From Alphaproteobacteria bacterium (GTDB taxonomy: Bacteria; Pseudomonadota; Alphaproteobacteria; MPNO01; UBA2964), in assembly GCA_036445935.1 (NCBI GenBank), contig JAZFSB010000179.1, positions 1-30,093 on the forward strand: 30,093 nucleotides of DNA. Direction: 5' to 3'. Below are positions 1 to 6,876 of the stretch, in pieces (within the stretch, counting starts at the first letter, position 1; the number at the start of each line of letters is the position of its first letter). The notes below the pieces were generated by a model. The model did no database searches. It saw only the letters and a list, made by a program, of their open reading frames with translations, and was not told the origin of the DNA. Position numbers and translations under genes: made by a program.

Positions 1-1364
1 TTATCCGGGTCGAGCGCGTGTTTGACGGCGCGCATGACGGTAAGGGCTTCGCCATGTTCCTGGGCCAGCGCGCCCTGCTTGCCGAGGCCGACGCCGTGTT
101 CGCCCGAGCACGTGCCGTCGAGCGCGATGGCGCGGGCGACCATGCGGTCGTTGAGCCGCTCGGCTTCGGCGAATTCTTCCGGGCGGTCGGGATCGAGCAG
201 AAAGATGACGTGGAAATTGCCGTCGCCGACATGGCCCAGCATGGTCGCCATGGCGCCCGAGGCGTCGATATCGGCGCGGGTTTCGGCGATACACTGGGCG
301 AGCGCGCCAATCGGCACGCACACGTCGGTCGACCAGGCGCGCGCGCCGGGGCGAAGGGCGAGCGCCGCGTACAGCGCATCGTGGCGCGCCTGCCACAGAC
401 GGGTGCGGTCCTCGGTTCGTTCGGCCCAGCGGAAATCGGCCCCGCCATGCTCGGCGGCGATGGCCTCGACCGCTTCGGCCTGCTCACGCACCGCGCGCGC
501 CGTGCCGTTGAATTCGAGAAACAATGTCGGCGCGGCTTCGTAATCGAGCCCGGCATAACGGATACAGGCGTCCATCTGCACCTCATCCATCAGCTCGATG
601 CGGGCGATCGGAATGCCGCACTGGATGGTCGCGATACAGGCGGCGACCGCGGCCTCCACGGTGGCGAAGGCGCATACGGCCGCCGAGACCGCTTCGGGCA
701 GACCGTGCAGGCGCACGGTTGCTTGCGTGATCACGCCCAGCGTGCCCTCGGCGCCGACGAACAGGCGGGTGAGATCGTAACCCGCCGCCGACTTGCGCGC
801 GCGGCCCCCGGTGCGGATTACCCGCCCGTCGGCCAGCACGACCGTAAGGTTGAGCACGTTCTCGCGCATGGTGCCGTAGCGCACGGCATTGGTGCCCGAC
901 GCCCCCGTCGCCGCCATGCCGCCGATCGAGGCATCCGCGCCGGGATCGACCGGGAAGAACAGGCCGGTGTCGCGCAGCTCTTCGTTCAGGCGTAAGCGCC
1001 GGACGCCGGCTTCCACCGTCGCATCCATGTCGCCCGGGCGGATTTCCCTGATGCGGTCGAGCCCCGCCGTGTCGATGCACACGCCGCCGGAGCGCGCCGC
1101 CACCCCGCCTTCAAGCCCAGTGCCCGCGCCAAACGGGATAACCGGCACGCGCGCCCCGGCACAGGCCCGGACGATGGCCGAGACCTCATCCGTCGAGTTG
1201 GGAAAGGCGACCAGGTCGGGGGCGTACGCCGCATGGTGCGATTCATCGTGCCCGTGCTGGTCGCGCACGGTTTCCGCCGCCGACAGCCGGTCGCCCAGCA
1301 CCCCGCGCAACACGCCCGCCAGCGCGCCGTCGGGGGAACAATCGGCGGAATAGGTATCAGCCAT
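1..1364 (-). CDS. FAD-linked oxidase, D-lactate dehydrogenase (cytochrome)/D-2-hydroxyacid dehydrogenase family; 3' end truncated by the window edge
   Basis: Not in the ORF track (no stop inside the window). Manual translation from ATG at 1364: MADTYSADCSPDGALAGVLRG...PFGAGTGLEGG...FFPVDPGADASIGGMAATGASGTNAVRYGTMRENV...KSAAGYDLTRLFVGAEGTLGVIT...STDVCVPI...GHVGDGNFH...GTCSGEHGVGLGK...ALDPD. These are FAD_binding_4 plus FAD-oxidase_C family motifs; only a few C-terminal residues appear to be missing. Confidence 0.9.
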   Translation of the reverse strand, partial: MADTYSADCSPDGALAGVLRGVLGDRLSAAETVRDQHGHDESHHAAYAPDLVAFPNSTDEVSAIVRACAGARVPVIPFGAGTGLEGGVAARSGGVCIDTAGLDRIREIRPGDMDATVEAGVRRLRLNEELRDTGLFFPVDPGADASIGGMAATGASGTNAVRYGTMRENVLNLTVVLADGRVIRTGGRARKSAAGYDLTRLFVGAEGTLGVITQATVRLHGLPEAVSAAVCAFATVEAAVAACIATIQCGIPIARIELMDEVQMDACIRYAGLDYEAAPTLFLEFNGTARAVREQAEAVEAIAAEHGGADFRWAERTEDRTRLWQARHDALYAALALRPGARAWSTDVCVPIGALAQCIAETRADIDASGAMATMLGHVGDGNFHVIFLLDPDRPEEFAEAERLNDRMVARAIALDGTCSGEHGVGLGKQGALAQEHGEALTVMRAVKHALDPD

Positions 1365-1401
1365 GGAAGCAGACTGTCACCGGCGGCAGCCGGCTTCAAG
1401 C

Positions 1402-2196
1402 TCACACCCTTGTTGCTTCGGCGGTAAGGTCGGCAACGAACATGTGGCCGGGGGCGTGGGTGATGGCGAGCGGCGGGCGGGCATTGGCGATCGCTTCCTG
1501 CGGGGTTACACCGCACGGCCAGAACACCGGCTGCTCGCCCGGCCGCAGCGTAACCGGCTGACCGAATTCGGGAGCCGCCAGATCATTGATGCCGATCGCG
1601 GCCGGGTCACCGACATGGATCGGCGCGCCATGCGCCATCGGATAATGCGCCGTGATGTCGGACGCGCGGAGCGTATCGTCGGGCGTGAAGGGCCGCATCG
1701 ACACCACCATCGTGCCGTGAAATGGCGGCGCGGGCAGACAGGCAATCGTGGTCCGGTACATCGGCACGAAGCCGGTCTCGGCGATATGGGGCAGCGCAAG
1801 CCCGGCGTCGCTCAACGCCTGCTCGGCGATGAAAGAGCAGCCGAGCATGAAACACACCAGGTCGTCGCGCCACAAATCAGCGATATCGGTCGGCTCGGCC
1901 GACACCTCACCATCGCGAAATACCCGGTATCGCGGCAGGTCGTGGCGAACATCGGCGCCAGGCGCGATCCGTGCCGGGACAGGGTCGCCGGGGGCCAGCA
2001 CTTCGAGCAACGGACAGGGGCCGGGATTAAGCGCGCAAAAGCGGGCGAACGCCTCCGCATGGCTGGCCGGCAGGATAACCATGTTGGCCTGGACGAAACC
2101 GGGTGCGAGCCCCGATGTCGGCCCATCGAATGTCCCCACGCGGCAGGCGGCGCGAAGCGCCTCTGGCCCGAGTACGGGACTATCGGAATCTGACAA
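1402..2196 (-). CDS. Putative hydro-lyase, DUF1445/UPF0317 (YcsI, D-glutamate cyclase-like) family
   Basis: 264-aa ORF, TTG start. Motifs TSGLAPGFVQANMVILP, NPGPCPLL, DLPRYRVFRDG, FMLGCSF, VPMYRT, MVVSMRP, HGAPIHVGDP, PVFWPCGVTPQ, ITHAPGHMFV match this family. Confidence 0.88.
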   Translation of the reverse strand: MSDSDSPVLGPEALRAACRVGTFDGPTSGLAPGFVQANMVILPASHAEAFARFCALNPGPCPLLEVLAPGDPVPARIAPGADVRHDLPRYRVFRDGEVSAEPTDIADLWRDDLVCFMLGCSFIAEQALSDAGLALPHIAETGFVPMYRTTIACLPAPPFHGTMVVSMRPFTPDDTLRASDITAHYPMAHGAPIHVGDPAAIGINDLAAPEFGQPVTLRPGEQPVFWPCGVTPQEAIANARPPLAITHAPGHMFVADLTAEATRV

Positions 2197-2314
2197 GCGG
2201 AACTTCCCCCGAAAAGTGCGTAACAGGGCGGATATGTTACCCGAGCCGCCGAACCGGGAAAAGCGCTTGCCACAGTTAACGGTTCAGACAGCATTGACGC
2301 GGGATAATGGCCGA

Positions 2315-2872
2315 ATGCCTAGCCCTTCACCATCACCAAGGCACAGCCTTGACCGGAGTCTTTCGACGTCCGAGCCACAGGTTTCGCCCAATATCGACGA
2401 CGTGCTGAACCGCATGCGCGAGCGCCTTGCCGATACCAACATCAATTCCGTTACTCTGCTGGCAACCGACTACCTGAACCATTTCAATGAATTCGTGATG
2501 CTGCTCGACCTCGTTGCCGACAGCCCGGACCTGCAGGACATGCTGAGCGACTGGGAACCGAAATCCTATATCACGCACTTCATCGATAGCGGGTTTTCCG
2601 ACAAGGAGCTGGCGATCGAGGCTTATGCACTGGCGCCGCCGCTCTACCGCGATCCTTTCGACGCAACGATACAGCAACTCAATTTGCTTATCAGTGCGAT
2701 ACAGGGGGAGCTGAAGGATCTGGTTGGAGACAGCAATCCCGACAGGATTTCGACCGCCGTGACGACGGCATCGCAGGAAATTCGCCGACTGGTGGACATC
2801 GCCAGCGCGGTGACCAATGGCGTCGCCACCACGTCGCGTCAGGACGAAATCGATCAGATGTTCAACTCCTGA
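2315..2872 (+). CDS. Hypothetical alpha-helical protein (185 aa) with TNINSVTLLATDYLNHFNE motif and C-terminal QDEIDQMF
   Basis: 3' part of track ORF 1748..2872. The upstream part overlaps the DUF1445 gene antisense, so the first ATG after the intergenic gap (2315) was chosen. Composition is natural-protein-like, acidic and helical, and the motif resembles an uncharacterised alphaproteobacterial family as I recall it. Start uncertain. Confidence 0.8.
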   Translation: MPSPSPSPRHSLDRSLSTSEPQVSPNIDDVLNRMRERLADTNINSVTLLATDYLNHFNEFVMLLDLVADSPDLQDMLSDWEPKSYITHFIDSGFSDKELAIEAYALAPPLYRDPFDATIQQLNLLISAIQGELKDLVGDSNPDRISTAVTTASQEIRRLVDIASAVTNGVATTSRQDEIDQMFNS

Positions 2873-2908
2873 GATCGGTGCGCCAGTGATTGTTGCCAAC
2901 GCGCGGGA

Positions 2909-3667
2909 ATGTTAACGTCTGGCAGCATGACATGGATCCGTGCCGCCATCGGTTTATTTCTACTGCTCCTGCTCGGCCCTATCGCGGTTGCGGTTGGTGG
3001 AGAGGTCAACGTGGCGCGTGATTGGAGCAAGGCATCGCGCGAAAGCGCCAACATTGCCCCCGACCCGGGGGTGACGCGCGACGCGGTGGTGCAGGTTTAC
3101 GCCGCCCGCACCTTCGGCTGGCGTGGCGTATTGGCGGTTCATACCTGGATATCGGTCAAGCCCCAGGGTGCGGACACCTACACCAACTATGAGGTAATCG
3201 GCTGGCGCGCTTTCCACGGCGGCAGCGCGTTGCAGATCCATCAGGGCGTGCCAGACCGGCATTGGTATGGCGCACGGCCCGAATTGCTGGCGGACCTGCG
3301 GGGCGAAGCCGCCTCAAATGCGATCCCCGCGATCCGCGAAGCGGTGAAATCCTACCCCTGGGCGGATGAATACCGGACTTGGCCCGGCCCCAACAGCAAC
3401 ACATTCACGGCCTACGTTTCGCGCCGCGTACCAGCGTTGGCGCTCGACCTGCCGCCAACCGCGATCGGCAAGGACTATCTGGGCGACACCACCTTGTTCG
3501 CATCCACACCAAGCGGCGGCGGGCTTCAATTCTCGCTTCTCGGGCTGGTCGGCGTGCTGGTGTCGGTCGAGGAAGGTATTGAAATCAATTTGTTCGGGCT
3601 CGCCTTCGGCATCGATCCAGGAGATGCCGCGCTGCGCCTGCCGGGCGCCGGATTGCTGAAGCTGTAG
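2909..3667 (+). CDS. DUF3750-like membrane-anchored protein
   Basis: 252 aa with N-terminal hydrophobic segment (AAIGLFLLLLLGPIAVAV). Motifs VVQVYAARTFGWRGVLAVHTWI, YEVIGW, WYGARPELL, WPGPNSNTF, DLPPTAIGKDY match DUF3750 as recalled. Alternative start ATG 2927. Confidence 0.78.
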   Translation: MLTSGSMTWIRAAIGLFLLLLLGPIAVAVGGEVNVARDWSKASRESANIAPDPGVTRDAVVQVYAARTFGWRGVLAVHTWISVKPQGADTYTNYEVIGWRAFHGGSALQIHQGVPDRHWYGARPELLADLRGEAASNAIPAIREAVKSYPWADEYRTWPGPNSNTFTAYVSRRVPALALDLPPTAIGKDYLGDTTLFASTPSGGGLQFSLLGLVGVLVSVEEGIEINLFGLAFGIDPGDAALRLPGAGLLKL

Positions 3668-3682
3668 AGAGGGCGCGACACC

Positions 3683-4423
3683 ATGGCGATCTGGGGCAAG
3701 GTTTTGGGTGGTGCCGCCGGTTTTGCCGTCGGCGGGCCGCTTGGCGCGCTATTCGGCGCCGCCGCCGGCCATGCCTTCGACCGCATGAAGGGGCCCCGTC
3801 AGACCGGCGCCGACAGTGAGCCCGGAATCATCAAGCAGACCGCTTTCGCCATCGCGGTCATCGTGCTCAGCGCCAAGATGGCCAAGGCGGATGGCGCGGT
3901 GACCCGAGACGAGATCGATGCCTTCAGGGAAATATTCCATGTGCCACCGGAGGAAGCCAAGCATGTCGGTCGGCTGTTCAATCAGGCGCGCAAGGATTCG
4001 CATGGCTTTGAGCCCTACGCCAAGCAGATCGGCGGCATGTTCCACGACAACCCGGCGGTGCTCGAGGAACTGATGGGCGGGTTGTTCCATATCGCGCGCG
4101 CCGACGGCGTCGCCCACCCGGCTGAAGTCGAATATCTAAGGAAGGTGGCGGAAATCTTCGGCTTCGATGAGGCGACCTTCGAGCGCATGCGGGTCGCGCA
4201 TTTCGGTGTCGACATGACCGACCCTTATACCGTGCTCGGCACAACGCGCAACGCCAGCGATGAAGAGGTTCGCACCGCCTGGCGCGACCTGATGCGCGAA
4301 CACCACCCCGACGCGCTGATCGCCCAGGGCATGCCCGAGGACTTCGTGGAGCTGGCCACCGAAAAAGTCGCCACCATCAACGCCGCCTACGACAAAATCC
4401 GCGCCCAGCGCGGCCTAAACTGA
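3683..4423 (+). CDS. djlA: DjlA-type co-chaperone (N-terminal Gly-rich membrane segment, TerB-like domain, C-terminal J domain)
   Basis: MAIWGKVLGGAAGFAVGGPLGALFGAAAGHAFD N-terminus; AKMAKADGAVTRDEI TerB-like region; DPYTVLG...MREHHPD...INAAYDKI J domain with HPD motif. Confidence 0.9.
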   Translation: MAIWGKVLGGAAGFAVGGPLGALFGAAAGHAFDRMKGPRQTGADSEPGIIKQTAFAIAVIVLSAKMAKADGAVTRDEIDAFREIFHVPPEEAKHVGRLFNQARKDSHGFEPYAKQIGGMFHDNPAVLEELMGGLFHIARADGVAHPAEVEYLRKVAEIFGFDEATFERMRVAHFGVDMTDPYTVLGTTRNASDEEVRTAWRDLMREHHPDALIAQGMPEDFVELATEKVATINAAYDKIRAQRGLN

Positions 4424-4441
4424 ACGGCGTCCATTGTCGCG

Positions 4442-5323
4442 ATGAAACCGGCTCACCTGCTGATCGCCCTGTTCGTCGTGACCATCTGGGGCTCCAACTT
4501 CGCCGCCATGCGGATCGGCGCGCTGGAAATGCCGCCCTGGTTCCTGCTCGCGCTCAGGCTTGGGCTGGCGGGAGCGGTGCTGGCGTTGTTCGTCCGGCTG
4601 CCGACTGATCAGATTGGCCGGCTGGTCGGCATCGCGGTTTCAATGGGCGTTGTCCATTTCGGCCTGTCGCTGGTGGCGCTGCAACATATCGAGGCGGCGA
4701 CCGCGGCGATCGCGATGCAGGTCGCCGTGCCATTCGCCGCCCTGCTCGCCTGGATTCTGTTCGGCGAACGGCTGGGCTGGCGGCGCGCCTGGGGCATGGT
4801 GATCGCGTTCGCCGGCATCGTCGTGATCGGCGGCGCGCCCAGCGTTATCGGCCATATCGACATGCTGCTGGTGCTGATGCTGTCGGCCAGCGCGTTTGCC
4901 GTCGCCAACATCCTGATCAAGCGGCTTGATCCGATCAACTTCATGTCGCTCAATGCCTGGATCGCGTTGCTTGGCGCGCCGCAGGCGCTGGTGCTGTCGT
5001 TGATCTTCGAGACCGGCCAGATCGAGGCATTGCAATCGGCGAGCTGGCCGGCGCTGGCCGTCATCGTCTACATGGCGCTGGTGGTCAGTATCGTCGGGCA
5101 CGGGCTGTGGTACTGGCTGGTGCCGCGCTACGAAACCAACCAAACCATGCCGCTGACCCTGCTGGTGCCGGTGCTGGGTGTGGTTTTCGGCGTGCTGCTG
5201 CTGGACGAAGCGCTGAGCGTGGCGCTGATCGCGGGCGGGTCGCTGACCATCGCGGGCGTCTCGGTGATCGTGCTGCGCCGGCCGGAAACGGCGGCCGTGC
5301 TGGCCGGGCGCACCGACCCATGA
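4442..5323 (+). CDS. EamA/DMT family transporter (about 10 TM)
   Basis: 293 aa, highly hydrophobic; LFVVTIWGSNF, ALRLGLAG, ILFGERLGWRR, LVPVLGVVFGVLLLDE are typical EamA repeat motifs. Confidence 0.9.
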   Translation: MKPAHLLIALFVVTIWGSNFAAMRIGALEMPPWFLLALRLGLAGAVLALFVRLPTDQIGRLVGIAVSMGVVHFGLSLVALQHIEAATAAIAMQVAVPFAALLAWILFGERLGWRRAWGMVIAFAGIVVIGGAPSVIGHIDMLLVLMLSASAFAVANILIKRLDPINFMSLNAWIALLGAPQALVLSLIFETGQIEALQSASWPALAVIVYMALVVSIVGHGLWYWLVPRYETNQTMPLTLLVPVLGVVFGVLLLDEALSVALIAGGSLTIAGVSVIVLRRPETAAVLAGRTDP

Positions 5324-6039
5324 GCGCGCCGGCAATGCGAGAGCGACCCTCGCCCAGTCATGGGCCGCGCGCCGCCGGCACGGCGATCGACACGCTGGTG
5401 CTGCATTATACCGGCATGGAAACCGCCGACGCGGCCCTTGACCGTCTATGCGACGCGGCGGCCGAGGTCAGCGCGCATTACCTGATCGACGAAGACGGCG
5501 CCGTGTGGCGGCTGGTCGGGGAAGACCGGCGCGCCTGGCACGCGGGGCTGGCCGCCTGGCGGGGCGCGACCGACATCAACGACCGCTCGATCGGCATTGA
5601 GTTGGTCAATCCGGGCCACGAATTCGGCTACCGGCCTTTCCCGAAATTACAGATGAGCGCGCTCATCGAGCTTTGCCGCGACATCCTTGCCCGGCACGCC
5701 ATTCCAGTTTCTCGCGTGCTTGGCCATTCAGACATCGCGCCGACACGCAAGACCGACCCCGGTGAGCTGTTCGACTGGCGGCGAATGGCCCGGGCCGGAA
5801 TCGGACTTTGGCCGGAGCCCGGCGCCTTACCGGCGAAGATCGATAACGCCCAACGCGACGAGGCGCTGCGGCGGCTTGGCGCCATCGGCTACGACACCAG
5901 CGGGCAGGTGGCGCCCGACAGCGCGGATGCCCAACGCGCCGCCATTGCCGCCTTCCAGCGCCGTTATCGCCCGCGCCTGATCGACGGGGTGATCGACAGT
6001 GAGACCGGAGCTCTGATCGCCGCCGTCGCCACCCCTTGA
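5320..6039 (+). CDS. N-acetylmuramoyl-L-alanine amidase (Amidase_2, AmpD-like) with C-terminal peptidoglycan-binding-like segment; no signal peptide
   Basis: ATG 5320 overlaps the EamA stop (ATGA). Motifs LVLHYT, VSAHYLI, AWHAG, SIGIELVNPGH, GHSDIAPTRKTDPG (Zn-ligand pattern) and AFQRRYRP..IDG. Alternative start ATG 5335. Confidence 0.92.
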   Translation: MSAPAMRERPSPSHGPRAAGTAIDTLVLHYTGMETADAALDRLCDAAAEVSAHYLIDEDGAVWRLVGEDRRAWHAGLAAWRGATDINDRSIGIELVNPGHEFGYRPFPKLQMSALIELCRDILARHAIPVSRVLGHSDIAPTRKTDPGELFDWRRMARAGIGLWPEPGALPAKIDNAQRDEALRRLGAIGYDTSGQVAPDSADAQRAAIAAFQRRYRPRLIDGVIDSETGALIAAVATP

Positions 6040-6066
6040 CCGGAAGCGCCGGAACGCGCACATCTT
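6036..6066 (+). promoter_or_regulatory. Probable sigma70 promoter of rnpB
   Basis: TTGACC at 6036-6041 (overlapping the amidase stop) lies about 35 nt before the rnpB P1 start; the -10 is poor (ACATCT/CATCTT around 6060-6066). Confidence 0.45.
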
Positions 6067-6072
6067 GAGTCA

Positions 6073-6478
<406 letters not shown>

Positions 6479-6496
6479 ATTCTTTTCAGCTCTATT

Positions 6497-6526
6497 TTAA
6501 TCTTTGGTTAATCTTTCGTTAACCAT
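6497..6526. promoter_or_regulatory. Two overlapping CtrA boxes (TTAA-N7-TTAA-N7-TTAACCAT)
   Basis: TTAA at 6497-6500, 6508-6511 and 6519-6522 with exact 7-nt spacers. Matches the alphaproteobacterial CtrA consensus TTAA-N7-TTAAC on both strands. Confidence 0.8.
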
Positions 6527-6566
6527 AACGAATACTTCAACGTATTGAAAAATAAAGAATTTTTTG

Positions 6567-6595
6567 AAAAAAGCCGCCCCCAAATTCAGGGCGGT
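6567..6595 (-). terminator. Intrinsic terminator oriented for minus-strand transcription
   Basis: Minus-strand RNA reads A-CCGCCC-ugaauuugg-GGGCGG-C-UUUUUU: a 6-bp all-GC stem followed by U6. There is no U-tract on the plus-strand side. Confidence 0.6.
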
Positions 6596-6767
6596 GGGAA
6601 AGCCAATTCCGGAACGTAAACAGAACATGAATTCGCCATAATTGGCGTTAATCCTTGCCTGTCCATCACCGTAACTCGCTGACACCGCGCCCGGCAGGCC
6701 AAGCATGGGAGATTTGAACACGCTCCAACAAAATCCGGTTTTTGACTGTTTTTACTGCCTGTTTCAT

Positions 6768-6796
6768 TTGACAGACCATAATATCCCATGTAAACC
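6768..6796 (+). promoter_or_regulatory. Probable sigma70 promoter of mraZ/dcw
   Basis: Perfect -35 TTGACA (6768-6773), 17-nt spacer, -10 TAAACC (6791-6796; lacks the -7T, as is common in alphaproteobacterial promoters); about 80 nt upstream of the mraZ start. Confidence 0.6.
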
Positions 6797-6810
6797 CATT
6801 ATTATCCATT
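6774..6810. promoter_or_regulatory. Probable MraZ operator: four (C/T/A)CCAT units in exact 10-bp phase
   Basis: CCAT at 6776, 6786, 6796 and 6806 (minus strand ATGGA, ATGGG, ATGGG, ATGGT), overlapping the promoter spacer, -10 and start site. MraZ is known to bind 10-bp-phased TGGGN-type repeats upstream of its own gene. Confidence 0.65.
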
Positions 6811-6876
6811 GTGTGACATCACAGTGCTGGTGCGCCGTTCAGGGGGTTCGGGCGCGACAAGGCGGGGGTTCATCGG

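Noticed and set aside
2199-2223. ECF/EcfG-type promoter GGAAC...CGTAA
   Set aside because: The spacer is 15 nt rather than the expected 16-17, and the -10 is not CGTT.
1748-2314. N-terminal extension of the hypothetical ORF 1748..2872
   Set aside because: It is antisense to the DUF1445 gene with low-complexity shadow composition; protein-like sequence begins after about 2315.
6774-6810. CCAT array or the 11-bp TTAATCTTT repeat as CRISPR or VNTR
   Set aside because: Units are far too short, there are no spacers and no cas genes; protein-binding sites are the simpler explanation.
6480-6870. Replication origin (AT-rich, CtrA boxes, DnaA-box-like TTATCCATT at 6802-6810)
   Set aside because: Only one 7/9 DnaA-like match, which is better explained as part of the CCAT operator array; no DnaA box cluster and none of the usual alphaproteobacterial origin-flanking genes.
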